A stretch of DNA of 64,000 nucleotides from Geosiphon pyriformis uo1 (taxonomy: Eukaryota; Fungi; Glomeromycota). The translations under genes were made by a program, and so were the position numbers. The stretch is taken from assembly GCA_016748015.1 (NCBI GenBank), contig JAAOMT010000030.1, positions 23,222 to 87,221 on the forward strand, given 5' to 3'. Within the stretch, counting starts at the first letter, position 1; every line of letters begins with the position of its first letter. The notes under the pieces are model-generated. The model searched no databases. It saw nothing but the letters and a program-made list of their open reading frames with translations, and was not told where the DNA came from. Below, piece after piece: positions 49,997 to 64,000 of the stretch.

Positions 49997-52167
49997 CTAT
50001 AAAAGCTTTGAAAAAGCTATTAGACAAAATCAATTTTTTAAGTGATGGCAATAATAATAATGTCTTGTTAGATGCTCTATTATTCTTTCTCTCTTTTTTG
50101 AAAAATTTGGTTAATATTTTTGTCAGAAAATCTTTTGCTTTGAATATTGGCTTGAATAAAATGGCTGGAAAATCTTCTTAAGAAAAGCTTGTTGTAATTA
50201 GAAAATTATTTTCAAAAATCAATAGTTTTGAAGAAGCTTTTACTCTCTCAAAATTTTTAGGAATTATTAGAACAATATTTACTTCTGAAATGAGTTTAAT
50301 AAAAGCCATCAAAATAATTACTAGTGTAAAAATCATAATAAACACCAATCTTAAAAAAACCACTGAACATTTAGATCAGGCTGTAGTGTTGAAGAAAATT
50401 CCAATTAAAACATCAGCTGAGGCTGTGTGTGCTGTGTTATCCGAATTTGGGTTAATTAAATCAATTAAGATGTAACTGGTGGACCTATGGCAAAAGGCAA
50501 TTGTTGAATTAGAAGATCAAAATTAGGCTGATCTTTTGGCTTTTAAGTGGTTTATTTTTATTGAGAAGAATGCTGTTCATGTGGCCAGGGCTGATCTTAA
50601 TAAACAAACATGGAATTTTAAAAATTTTTATAGAATACTGCTCTATACTCTTCTTGTAGAAACTAATGCTTATGACATCTGAAACTTCATTGTTTCAATG
50701 GATAGGAGAACATATATTATTGATTGTCATCCAGTTTTATATATTAGAAGCAAATATGTTGTTGTTTATTTTAATTCTGCTAAATCATTAAACACTACTA
50801 TAGAAATTATGCCCATGTTAAGGAATTTTAATTTGCATTGGTCTTATCTTAGTATTACCAAGTGTATTAAGTATAAAAAATTTGGTTATATATCATTGAA
50901 CTGTATATTGGATGGAAAAATATCTTCTGGTAGCTTTTCTTATAAGATTTAGTCAGAGGCAGATAAAAACAGGTTGGCATCTATTTATGCTAAGTGTTCA
51001 GCATTTGTGTCTTGTTTTGTCTTCTTTGGTGGTGTTTTTTAGACTAAGGTTATTGGTAAATTTTTTTTTCTTCTTTTTTCTGCACATAATAGTTTGGCTA
51101 GCTTTGGTTCTTTTTTGGAGATGAAATCTCTCCCATCTGTTGTAAATGAGTTGAAAAAACGTCTGGTTAGTATTAAAAACAGTTTTATCAGTCTCACAAG
51201 ATGAATTGGTGAATTGGCTAAGAGATTGAAATTACTTGTGCTGGCAGTTTTCCAGTCTAACCCTAAATGTCAGCTGCCAGTGATCTCTTTCTCATCACAG
51301 AATTAAGTGGGTAATATAATGATAAGAGAAGACTTGAGTGAAACTACTAATGGCAAAACTGTTGAGATTTCAGGTTTTTCTATCTTTTTTGAAGTTGTTA
51401 AGCTAGAAAACATATTAAAAAGTCTTTTTGTTTTAGTGCTAAGTTTGTTGACATGTTTTGACAGTTTGGTTCTAGCTGGTAGTATACTTCTTCTACTTTC
51501 TTTTCAATAAATCATTTAGTTTGAAAAATTGCCACATGTAATATTAGAGATATAAATATTCTATTAAGTAAGAAAATGTTATTTGTTGATATAAGAATAT
51601 GAACAATTTGATTTTTGTTGTTGCCAAAACTAAGTTAAGAGGAAAGGTTTATTCATAGATTATAAACAAATTTGATGATATATGGGTGTTTATATCTGGT
51701 TTGAATTCTGGTTATTTGGATTTTGATATTACAATTATTATAAATAGTTCTTTGGTAAAACATGTATGTAAAGTTTTTGAAATGCTCGGGTGGCTCTTTA
51801 TTGTCAAGTTACTCTTTAAGAATAAGCTTTTTGTCTTAATTTTGGGGTTTTACACTGGTACTTCTTTGGCAGCTTGTTTTTTTTAAACTGGTGAAATTGA
51901 CTATCTGATAACAAAGATGGTAAATGAATTTTCTTTCATTATCTTGGATAGTAATTTCAATAAAAATGGTTTTCACAGGTGTACCAGTTTCAAAAAATGC
52001 CTTGATTTAGGCCTGGTCAATTTTTTGTATGAGAATCTAGTTGCTAAAACATATATATAGAGTAATTTTCAGGGTGTTAAAAAACAATTAACTACATTTT
52101 TATTTTTTCAACCTTGGTTAATATGGTAGTGAATCATAAAATAATAGAAGTTAGAGTATTTTGACAC

Positions 52168-52534
52168 TATTACTTGAAAAAAAAAGTCTATTAAAGAAAG
52201 AAGAAAAAAAAATGTAATCTAAAGAAAAACGTGACAAAATGTGAATAGACACAGAATAACATACAATAACGTTGGATAATACATTATAATATAGGATAAT
52301 GTGTTATAATACCAGATAATATAGAATAATATATTATAATGTAGGATAATGTGTTATAATACAAGATAACACAGAATAAGTGTAATAATATCAGATAATG
52401 TGTTATAACATAAAATAATTAGTTATAACATAAAAAAATGAAGCAATAACTAGCAAGAACAGACAATTTAAAGCAATTCTGTAAAACTAGAAAAATATGT
52501 ATATATAACAGTAGCATTAGAAGCAAAAAAACAG
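52168..52534 (+). repeat. Truncated LTR (U3 to TATA region) inserted in the LINE B APE domain
   Basis: Starts TATTAC; inverted homologue of ~53140-53463; ATAATGTGTTATAAT-type repeats. Confidence 0.75.
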
Positions 52535-53463
52535 TGTTATAGATGATTATTTGGAGTCTCAAATCAAATAACAAACTCGTAACTTGGTGCTTAATAGCTA
52601 AATTATATTGGTAATATTTAAAGATTTTTGTATCTAAAGATTTTGGTTGAGTTCTTTGTATAATAGACAGAGATTCAATAGTTGTTTTATCTGTAGCTTC
52701 CCGGAATCACAATTCCATCAATTTTTTTCTCAGCTTAGTGGCTGGCAATTCTCTGGTAAGCAATCTGTAGTTTTTATGATTTCTACCCATTCACAGGGGT
52801 CTTTTACCAGGCAATTTTTGATATTAATAATTTAGCACTTAATCCTTAATCAATTAGTTAACAACAAAAGAAAATAAAAAAAATAAAATAAAATAAAATA
52901 AAATAAGAAATAAGTGTTTTGTTAATAGCCATAATTAAGAGCTATTGTGCCAATAGATTAAGTAGTAAATAATAACATGAATTTGATGATAATAAATAAT
53001 TTTATTAATAAGAGAATAATTTCACTTTAAATTATAGAAAACTATCTTTTGAAGAAAGGGGTATTGTTCTAAATTAATATAAATTCTATTGAATTTGCCA
53101 GGAATTTTTTTTTGGCTGTCTTTTTAACTTCTATAACTACTTGCTTTTATACATTCTTTTGGTTTTACAGGATTGTTTTCAATTGTCTTGTTATTGTTAG
53201 CTATTGCTTTGCTATTTCTGTTATAACTAATTATCCTATTTTATAACATATTATTTGACATTATTACATATTATTCTGTGTTATCTTGTATTATAACACA
53301 TTATTCTATGTTATAATACGTTATTTTGTCTTATCTTGTATTATAACACATTATCTTATGTTATAATGCATTATCCAACATTATTACATATTATTCTGTG
53401 TTTCTTTATGTTTTATTACGTTTTTTTTTCTTTCTTGAATAGGCTTTTTTTCTTTAAGTAACA
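52535..53463 (-). repeat. Solo LTR with non-matching flanks (ACAG and ATGT)
   Basis: TGTTA...TAACA ends; U5 is G1/G2-like and part of U3 is G4-like. Confidence 0.85.
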
Positions 53464-56400
53464 ATGTACTAGTCTCATCTTGTTTCAACTAAGTGTGCCA
53501 AGTATGAAAACTTAGGTCATATTTTCTTGAACTGTGTTGTTGGTAAAAAAATTCTTGTTGATAACTTGTTAAGAAAAGTCTTTTTAAATGCTAATAAAAG
53601 TAGACTGGCAGCCATTTATGTTAGATGGTCAGCTTTAGTTGCTCATCTTGTTTCTTTTAGTGGTGTCTTTTGGAGTAAAATTGTTAGTGGGTCTTTTTTT
53701 TTCCCTTTTTTACATGTAATAGTTTGGCTAATACTGGTTCTTTTTTAAAAATAAAACTTCTTCCACTTGCTATGAGTAAAATAGAGTTATGTTTAGTTAG
53801 TATTAAAAGCAGTCTTGCCAGCTTTGCAGAACAAATTGGTAAGCTGGTTAAGAGATTAAAGTCACTTATGCTAGCAGTTTTTTAGTCTAGTCCTAAATGT
53901 CAGCTGTCAGTAACTTTCCTATTACAAGATCAAATGAGTAATATAGTAATAGAAAAAAATTTGGGTAAGACTACTAGTGGCAAGACTGTTATGGTTTTAG
54001 GTTTGTTTGTCTCTTCTGAAGTTGTTAAATTGGAAAATATATTAGAGGATCTTTCTGCTTTAGTGCTGAGTTTGTTGACATATTGTTATTTATAGAATAT
54101 AGAAATCACATTAATATATACATTAGCCAAACAGAAGTAGACATAGTAAAATAAGAAATTTCAGAATTTCTCTCAGAGAAATTGCAGGATTCTAGAATTA
54201 TAGAATTTTTATATAAGAAATCACAGAATTTCAGAATTCCAAGATTTTTTTCAGAGAAATTTCAGAATTTTAGGAATTCCAGAATTCTTGGCTTAAAGAA
54301 TTAAAGAATTGAGAAATCTCAATTATGTATATATAATAATAGCATTAGAAGCAGAAAAAGAAAATCAATTCAAATAACTTCTAGTTCAAAACATCTTAGT
54401 CAAAATTATTAATATTAATAAAATAATTATTTGCCATTTAAATCTATCTTCTTACTATTAACATTTTATGTTAATAGTATCTAATACTTAATTACACTAA
54501 AATAATAGCTTTTGATTATGGCTATTGATAGAATACTAAGCTTTACTGGTCTTGGCTTATTTCTTTATTTTTTTATTTTATTTTATTTTATTTATTTTGT
54601 TTTGTTGTTTATTAATTGATAAAAAATTAAGCACTGAATTACTGACATTAAGGATTGCTTAGTAAAAGACCCTTGTGAAAGGGTAAATACTTGAAAATTA
54701 AGAATTACTTACCAAAAAATTGCTGGCCACTAAGCTGAGAAAAAAATTAATAGAATTGTGATTCTGAAAAACTACTGAAAACAACTATTAAATCTCTGTT
54801 TATTTTACAAAAAACTCAACTAAAATCTTCAGATATTACCAACTATTTAAGCTATTGAGCACCAAGTTACAGATTTGTTATTTGTTTTGAGACCCTAAAT
54901 AATTATCTGTAATAGCACTTTGATAATTTGATTCTGGCTGGTAGTATACTTTCTTTACCTTCTTCCCAATAAATTATTTAGTTTAAAAAGTTGCCATGTG
55001 TAATATTAAGAGTATAAACAATCCTGCTAAGCAAGAGAATATTATCTATTAGTACAAAAAAATAAACAATTTAGTTTTCATCATTACTAAAACAAAATTA
55101 AAAGATAAAATTTGTCTATAAATTATGAATAAATTTGATAGTGTTTATGTGTTTACTTTTGGTTTGGAGTCTGGTTATCTAGACTTTAATGTTGCAGTTA
55201 TAATGAACATTGGTTTGGCAAAACATATATACAAGATTTCAGAAGTTGCTGATAAACTTTTGTTTATTAAGCTGTTTTTTAAGAATAAGTTATCTGTTTT
55301 AATTTTGGGACTTTATACTAGTGCTGTTCTGGCTGTGTGTTTTTTTCAAGCTGGTAAGATCAACTTTTTGATTGCAAAAACTGTAAATGAATTTTTTTTT
55401 GTTATTTTGGGTGGAGATTTCAATGAAAATGGTTTGTACAGATGTGCTAGTTTCAAGAAATGCCTTGGTTTGGGGTTGGTTAACTTGCTGATTAACATTC
55501 TGTTGCAAATAAATCTACATAAAAGAATTTTAGAGGCATCATAAAAACAATTGATTACATATTTGTTTCTTTAAACTTGATTAATGCAGTAGTGAATCAT
55601 AATGTTAAGAATGTTGGAAAATATTTTGACATTGATCATCAGATTGTTTCTGTTTCTATGGGTTTAGAAGGCTTGTTAAATATGCAGTTAAACTCTTTAT
55701 ACAAACAGACAAATAAAGATTGTTAGAAGTTTGATTTTAAAAATGTTGATAAGAGCAAATGAGACAATTTTAAAGATGCTATGACTGCCAATACTATGAT
55801 GTTTTCTAATAAGTTTGTTACTTTTAAAAAGTTCTTTGATTTGGATGCTATGTGGAATTTTGTTTGCAAAATTGTGACTTTTTTTATTAACAGGATGTTT
55901 AAGAAAAAATGGTTCAAAGACTTCAACAGTGTTTTTACCAAAGAGTCTTCTAAGTTTCATAAGTTGGAAATTTTGGTTTTAAAGATTATTAAAGCTTCTT
56001 ATAATAAGAGTGTTGTCAAGTTTGCTTCCTTAATAAAACATTAGAATTCTTTGAACAGTATCAAGACTTTACTTATTTAGGATCTTGTAAATTCTAATGT
56101 AAATTTTAATCATGTATGTTCTGTTTTTTTTGGTGTAAAAAAGTCATATTATGTCTCCAAACTTACTAAATTGTTAAGAATTAAGGAATTAGATATTAAA
56201 TCTGTCATTAACAAATAGATAGAAAGTTTTATGGTTAACAAAAACGACACTATTCAAAGTGTATTGGAGCATTTTTTTATAAGATAGTATTGGATTATTT
56301 GGTTAAAAATGACAGTTTGATTCTTAATTCAGTTAATGTCAAAAGTAAGATTAATACTATTATAGAAGATTAAACAAAAAAAAAGCTGTATTAAACAGTG

Positions 56401-59400
56401 TTCCTAATTTGTGGCAATATTAATACTTGTTGTTAAATTATATAGATAATAGTGCTTTTGCTGGGATTATGGCTGCTGTTAATTATAACAATTTGTTATG
56501 TATGATCAAGATCTACCTAATAGAAAGGCTGCAAGTTTGTTTAACATTACGAATAAGTTGTAGAAACATTGTAATAATTCAGTACTTGTTATGTTTTTGG
56601 ACATTTTAAATCTTTGTTTGGTGTACAAATTTGTATTTCAACTATAAAAAGAAGCTTAAATGTTAATAATTCCTAAATCTTATGAATAGAAGGATGTTCT
56701 AACTAACACTAGACCAATTGCATTGATTAAAACTGCTAGGAGAATTCTCTTTAAATTGCTTTTTGATAGAATCTTTTTAGCTTGTAGTGTATTCAATATT
56801 TTTTATAGTAACAATTTCTTTGTGTTAAAAGAAACAATCACTCAATCTCCTATTTTTGCTGTTGGTTTGGTAGTTAAGAATGCTTTAGAAAAAGGCCATA
56901 AACTTTGGCTGGTTTTACAGGATATAAGAAAAGCTTACAATTCTGTAAGTTAATTTCATCTGAAGAATAGTTTGGTTTGTGTTAAGATATATAAATAGTT
57001 CATTTGTTTTTTTGCTAACATTTATAGTAATAGAGTCAATTGAATTATAACTAATTTTGGTTTAACAAATGAGTACTAAGTACATAATGGCCTGGATTAG
57101 GGCAAGATTTTTTTGCCTTTGCTTTGAAAAATCTTTTATAATCTTCTGTTATATAAGATCAAACAACAAAAAGATTTATGTGGTTATTGTATTAACATTA
57201 GATTTATTGCCAAGACTAATAAGTTGGAAAGTTAGGATAGAATGACTTTTTTTCTTGTAGTTGGCATTTTTGTTAGTAACATAATTTGGATTGAAAGCAG
57301 CCAAACAGCCACTTAGTACATTTTGAACATTGCAAGTAGTTTTTTTAAGATCAATAATATCTCAATTAATAATAAAAAGACAGTTGCTATTCTTATCAAC
57401 CAAAAAATTAAAAAAGTTTTATTGTCAATTAGTGTTTTGCCAATTTTGGTTGCCCAAAAAAAGAAGTTTCATAGGTATCTTAGTATTTTTCTGTTTTTTG
57501 AGAGTTTGTTCAAACCAAATATGACAAAAATTTATTCAAATGTTAGGTTTTTTGTTAATTTGGTTTTGAAAAAGACAATCTTGGACAAGCAGTTTTTTTA
57601 TTTAGTCTTAGTTGTGCTTTAATCTATAATCAATTATAAAACTCAGTTTAGTTTTGTCTTTAAAAGTATGTATGTTAAGTGAGATATAATGATTCAAAAG
57701 AGTTTAAAAATGAAAGCTGGTTTGCCAAGAGACTTTCTTAATAAAGCTTTTAACTATTTTTTGTTGTATGGCTTAAAATCTTTCAAGCAATTGCAGGCCA
57801 AGTGCAAGGTAACTTCTGTGTTAAAATTCTTAAATGCTAGTGAGATTTTTAGTAGATTGTTTAATTATAGGTCTTTGGATTTGTAAGTTGCAAGTTGGTC
57901 TTCTGTTCATTCTTTGTGTTGACTTATGAAGCTATGGATCAGTTCAGTAAACAATTTTTTAGCTGGTGTAATTAGAATTTTCTTAGATTGTAATATGTCT
58001 TTGAACAACATCATTTTGTCTACTTTCTACTTTTTTGGTAGTACTCTGATGTCTTTTGTTTTGGGAGATTTGATGTTTTATAATGTTTTATGTTTACTAA
58101 AAAAATTTGGAATTACTTTTGTTGAGCAGTTATATAACAAGAAAGATTTGATCTTTAATTGGAAAAGATTTTACTATTAAAAAAAGCTTAATTCCAAAGG
58201 TTTGGTCTCTGGTTAGTTTAGCTTAGCACATGATTTTTTGAGTTGGTCCTCTTCTTTTGTTAAGTTTTCTGATGTTTTTTCCCTATTTTTTGTCCATATA
58301 TGATTCTGGTAGCATTTCTAAAATTAAAAAAAATCTTGTTATCTCTGGTTTGGATGTCTTTAATGTTTATACAGATAGTTTTCTAAAAAATTTGGGTACA
58401 TATAAGATGAAATATAGAACAGCTGCATATTTCTCTGATCTGAATTTGGGTGTTGAAATTGGTGTTGACAGATTGGTATCCTCTACATTAGCTGAGTTGT
58501 AGGTAATTATTCTGGTTCTGAAGTGTATCTCTTTTAACAGTTTAGTTGTAGTGTATTCAAACAGTTAATCTGCCCTAGATACTTGTGCTGCTGAGTTAGC
58601 TTTGGTTCTGCTTGATTACTACAACTGGTATTGAATAGAGCAACAAAGAGTAGTATTTTCTATTAGGGATAAGAGACTTAACATTTTTTGGTACAAAGTC
58701 AAAAAACATTCTAGTGTTATAGACAATGAACATACTGACAAGCTGGCTGGTTTGGCTGCTGGTTCAAATTTGGTGCTTCCCATTCTGGTTGATAATAAGT
58801 TTGTTAGAACAGATAGGACAACAGTATTTGGTAATATTTACCACTTTGCTTGGAATGTTTATGGGGCCATATATTGTGCTTATTAAGAGATTGGATCTGG
58901 TTTTGGAGTTATTGACACAATCTTTATTGGTAATGTGGATTGGTTTCATACTGTTTCTGTTTGGTATCTTAACTTTCATATGACAGCTGGGTCTATGAAT
59001 AAGCATATGGCCAGTTTATATTTGTATTTTATAAAGGCTGTATACCACTACCTATCAGTTGCTATATACAAACATTTGTATAATAAAGGATACTTAAGTG
59101 TATTATGTCTTCATTGTAGGGAGGTGAAAAGTTCTAATTATTTTTTTGTGTATACAATAGACTCTGCTACTCATGGTAACCTACTTGCATCTTATCTAGA
59201 TTAGTAATATATTATGTCAGGTTTAAGTCTGTTATTGTTTTGGGTCTTGTAAATAATCTCTTTATGCATTTTTGATAATAATTTGTATACTGTTTTGTGC
59301 AAGGACTTTTTGTTTAGAAATTGGTTTTCAGAAACAGTATCCATTTCAAATAATATAAAATTGGCTAATAAGAGTATTGTTGATTTTGTTCAGAGCATAA

Positions 59401-59782
59401 AGACCATTTATCATACTAATATATAGTTAGTTAGTGCTAAATATAAAACATTTATAGAGAAGAAAAGTTTGATTATGCATAATGACTTAGTATTTCTCAT
59501 GGTTTGTGGTTTGTCATTTTTGCTTTCTATTAGAATTGTTAGATTGCTTAAAATAATAGAGGCATTTGATATTTGTTTTGGTTTCTATAAATCATGTTAT
59601 TTTTTTTCTGGTATTAATAATGTAGTATTAATTAAAATAGATTCATAGTGTTGTTTTGATTGGTTTAAATGACTGGTCATGTGTAAAAAAAGCATGATTT
59701 GTACTTAGTTTAGATCATTTAGTTTGATGTATTGTGCTAGGTAGCATTTGGGTTTCACTCATAAAATGTTAATAATAAAAAA
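53464..59782 (+). mobile_element. LINE C (5'-truncated at the ORF1 CCHC), split by solo LTR 54084-54914
   Basis: KCAKYENLGHIFLNC; ORF2 ~54967-59648 with ILGGDFNE, RPIALIKTARRI, LQDIRKAYNSV, VYTDSFLKNLG (RNase H), CLHC; 3' UTR homologous to LINE A; A-rich tail. Confidence 0.9.
54084..54914 (+). repeat. Solo LTR of the G1 family
   Basis: TGTTA...GTAATA ends; GAATTCC repeats; flanks ATAT and GCAC differ only by transitions (eroded 4-bp TSD); LINE C ORF1 rejoins across it. Confidence 0.85.
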
Positions 59783-62700
59783 GTATTAACTTATAAACTA
59801 AATAATTATTTATTTATTTGTAATATTTAGTGTTTTTTGTAAAATATAATTTACAGAAAACATAATATTATTAATAATAATTAATAAAGTGATAAAATAA
59901 AATATATAAAAACAAAGATGTGTATAAGAGACAGATTTATTATTATCTGAATTCATATTATTATTAAATACAAAAACATTTTTATTTAGAATACTATTCT
60001 AAAATAATCAGAAAAAAGCCAAATTATTAAGAATTTATAGCAATTTTTTTGAAAAATTTAAATTGTGACCAACAATACTATTAAGACTTTAATTACTATC
60101 ACTTTAACTAAATTTCAGATTTATTAGTCATTAAGAAGATACTGAATTAGAAAAAAAAACAGTAATTAGTAAAATAATAATCAAAACTTGATCTTAAATA
60201 ACTCAAAAATACAAATTCTAGTTGTTCAAGTTTTATAATACCTGAACAATCCAAACTTTGTTTCTATTATTCACTAAGACTTATCACTAATTATTATAAT
60301 TAATCTACTAATTGTATTAATTACTGCACAATAACAGTTTCAACTACAATTTTAACAACAACTACTACTAATACTAATAATCTATGTACCAATTATAAAA
60401 CTTAAAAAGTTTACTAATAAAGAAAACAATGTTTAAGCATAGCTAAACAATATAGCAAAAGCCATTACAACCAATAGATAAGATAAAATTTTTCAAAGAA
60501 TTTTCTATTTTTTACAAGACACTACTAATTTATAATATTAGAATTTTGTAAACAAACCTCAAAATTTTGATACATTCAAAACCACATTTTTTCAGTATTT
60601 TAGTAATAACAATAACATCAATTATTTGTTAACTAGTTTTACTACTATTAAGCAAGATAATATTAAAACAGTTATTACTTACTTAAGACACTTTTACAGA
60701 AATCTATGCCAAATTTAAGCAATCAACACCAACTACTTCACAGTATCACAGATTTTAAATTAATTTATTTATGAATTATATAACAGCTTGTTACAATAAA
60801 TATGCTCAATTTACCCAAATACTTTTTAAGATACAGTTATACATACCAGAGATTTTGAATTAACCAAACTTGAAGCCAATCACATCTGAACTGTAAATCT
60901 AGTAATGAACAGATAATCTAAATTGAATACCAAATTGAAGCAATTTGGTGAAGCCATTAATCAGTAAATTAAGGAATACTTAGCTAACAATTAAGCAATT
61001 TATCAGTCTCTACAATATTGCAAAAATTAAAGAAATTTTAATTATTTCCAGAATTAGTTATATTCAATATTATTATTATCAACAAATTAACTATGGCAAT
61101 AAGAGGCACATAATTGCCATTACTGTGATAAACAAGAACACCTAAAAATATATTGTAGAACCAGATTAAATAATTAATAATTAAAAAATCAATATTGAAA
61201 CTCCAATTGCCAGATTTAAACTTCGAATTACACTCTAAATCAAGAACAATATTAGTATTAGTCTCTTTATACTTTAATAATACAACAATCAATATACTTA
61301 CTTCCAGTTTATCAAACTTTAGCATTAATAATATATCAATTACAATTACAAATAATTTATCAACTTCAATAAATTCAAATACTACCTCAAAATACTGTGT
61401 TAACATTAAATAGAAGCCAAAAATTGAGAATCATTCACATACAACAAAACTAAAAATTAGTGATAGTTATGTACTAACCAATTTTTAGCTTATTAAACCA
61501 GTTATCAGGATCACATTCAAGAAATTCAGAAAGTAAGTATACTCAAAACTCGAATTTTCAGAACTATTTAAGTTTTTTAACCACTCCAGCAAACAATTTA
61601 TTTAATAACTTAGAAATCCAGAAAATATTTACCAATAATATTCTATTTGCTATTATCACAAAAGACAAATTGCTTGCTGCAATATTTTTTTTTGAACTGA
61701 AAAAACCAGTAATAATACTTCTGTTTAGCAGAATTATCCTTAATACAAAACTTATTACAACTATGTACATGAATACCAAAGTTAATGACCAATCTATCAA
61801 ACTAATTTTTGATAATGATTTAGTAAGCAGTATTATTATACACCAATTCATAGACCAATTAGATTGTTGAGTTAATTATGTTGTTAGTGCCAAAATTATT
61901 ATTACTAATAGAGCCATTAAGACTTTTATTAGCAAAATTAACAACTTTTCTTTTAAAGTTAATAACATTATTGTATTTATCAAAATTTTTGTCATGAAAG
62001 CCATATAGTATTAAGTTTTTATTGATAATGACTAGCTGTCTAAGACCAATAATATACTCAATTAGACTACATAAGAGTTTTATTTTAGTTAAAATGGTTA
62101 GCATATTCAAATACCAACTATTTGCAGTTACTTTAAGACAACCTAATCACAATCACTAATTAAATTTGAAAAAAAACAAACAAATCTACCTGGAAAGTCT
62201 ACTAAATTTTATAGACTAATAACAACCACAATGAGTTACTATTAATACTCTCTTAAGACAATAAAAACAAGAGCAAGAAAGAGAAAAAACCACAAAATAT
62301 TATCACAGAAAAATCAGTCAACAGTTAGTATATACTATACTTATTAGATACAAGAAAAAAATTGCCATATATTTCACTTAGATATATCAATTATAATAAA
62401 AAGCTTTTATCTATGAAAGCTTGAATTGTGTCAGAAAAAGACTACTAAATACATATCTGTTACTATTACAAACCATGGTACAAAAAATGCTTCAGATATC
62501 TAAAATGACAAAGAAAATGGGACAATAAATTATGTCTTATTTATGAAAAAACTTTACTTTAACAAAAAAATGTGGAATGATATTTCTGGTTAAAAAGAAA
62601 TATACAACACTTTGTATTAATACACAATCTTTATAAATAACTAGATGAACTGAAAAATGCTATTTAATGTTGTATAAAACCAAGTATTTTTATGCTCAAA

Positions 62701-64000
62701 TAGTTATTCACATAATAAAAATGTGATCTGAAAATAACAAGTGCCAAAATCGAAGACACTTTACCAGTGAAATACTTATAATTAAAAATAACTCATCAAA
62801 ATTTGTTAAAACTATTTTTATTCCCAATTTAGATGTATTTATTAACATTTTAAATGATCCAAAACAATTTTATAAATATTACAAGATCTAGTACTTATTT
62901 GAGAAAAACAAAAGCAGTATTTAGAACAATTAAATACTAAACTATATAAACATTGCTTAATTTTCAGTAACTTTGAATATTATAATAATTGTGATCTTAT
63001 TTTTAATTCATTACTGTGCATAATTTATTCAATTTCCAAAAAAAAAACCAATTAGCAAATGCACTTTAAAATTGAAATTGAAATTCAATTATGATTCAGA
63101 TTCTAATAATAATAACAACAACAGTTCTAACTTTATTCACAATAGCAATAACAACAACAATAATATAAATCCCAATTACAATTCTAAACAATATATAGCA
63201 CTTTCAGATTTTTTAAAGAAGCAAAAACTTAAATAGTTTAGTAATAATAATGAAAGTATTATGCTAAAATATATACATGATACTGATAAAGAATTTGATT
63301 TAAAATATTTGGAAAAAACTGTCATCAAATTAGAACCATATTTACATATCAGCATAGATTTAAAAATAGTATTAGAAATTCTAACAACAATAATAGTCCA
63401 ATCAGTCTTTAAATCTAGTTTAGCAAAAAAAGAGATTAATATCAGAAATGAAATAATTGACACAAGATATGTAGAAAATATCATTGCAATACTACAAAAC
63501 AAATCAAAAAAAACATATATCATTAAACCAAATAAAAAAATAACATTAGCAATATTTCTACTTTTGGTAAAAATAGCTCAATTAATGTTAGTAAAAGCAA
63601 AAGAAAAATTAGGAATAACAGCAAAAAAGAAAAAGAAATTTGGATCAACAAGTAAAATAAAAGTACTAATCAATATAACAAAAAAAAATTATTGATAAAA
63701 GAGAAATTATCTCTACTAATCAATCAATTTCTATTTTACTATATATTCAGTATATATTAATTATAGAAAAGAAAATAAAAGATCAATTCCAAATTTTTGA
63801 AATGAAACCAATTATTTATAAGTCAAAAGAGATTAGTATTATTAATTTTTACATATTAGCCAAGAATTATAAACATATCAAAATCTCAATATACAACATA
63901 ATTAGAGACCCAATAAAAATATCAAGTAGAACTACCATTAAATACATAAGCACTAAAGTTAAAAATCAACTACCAATTATCATTCCAAACTTTCTGCAAT
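59783..64000 (+). mobile_element. G5: heavily mutated dUTPase-bearing Gypsy element, continuing beyond the window
   Basis: LTR end and PBS relic gtaata|tttagtgttttttgtaaaatataatttacagaaaac (59820-59861) matches the G1 junction; gag ~60380-60990, CCHC ~61110-61160, PR 61770-62130, Cys domain 62380-63000, dUTPase 63261-63695. Confidence 0.85.

Larger units (their letters stand above)
21731..52167 (+). mobile_element. LINE B (21731-22159 plus 50001-52167), split by G2 and truncated in the APE domain
   Basis: GDTTESDNVDMKKEYLIKETSFDY...KVKT|IKALKKLLDKINF rejoins across TSD CTAT; ORF1 ends ~51510; APE remnants run to 52167. Confidence 0.9.

Noticed and set aside
53045-53075. PPT-like GAAGAAAGGGG followed by TGTT inside the solo LTR
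   Set aside because: No matching LTR sequence or TSD follows, so another insertion cannot be supported.

Overview
AT-rich eukaryotic DNA, almost certainly fungal. The element families look like those of Glomeromycota/arbuscular-mycorrhizal relatives (my recollection, not checked). About 95% of the window is nested, degenerate retrotransposons. The only host gene is a spliced protein kinase gene on the - strand (1173-2011; coiled-coil N-terminus plus an HRDIRWDN kinase, middle lost in a gap), with a partial tandem paralogue whose first 18 codons are swapped. There are three LINEs (A, B, C; ORF1 with RRM/CCHC, ORF2 with APE-RT-RNase H-CCHC). There are five Ty3/Gypsy elements (G1 8376-18276 -, G2 22160-49996 -, G3 28438-46453 +, G4 37456-45547 +, G5 from ~59783 +), plus two solo LTRs and one LTR fragment. 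Nesting is resolved by 4-bp TSDs: G4 in the 3' LTR of G3, G3 in G2, G2 in LINE B, and G1 in LINE A. The Gypsy group has an unusual layout: Gag-CCHC-PR-Cys-rich domain-dUTPase-(pseudo-dUTPase)-RT-RNase H-IN, followed by a conserved extra ORF in the env position. Its LTR U5 carries a tRNA-3'-end mimic complementary to its own PBS, conserved across dissimilar LTR families. All repeats show transition-only C>T/G>A decay. All alignments were done by eye.
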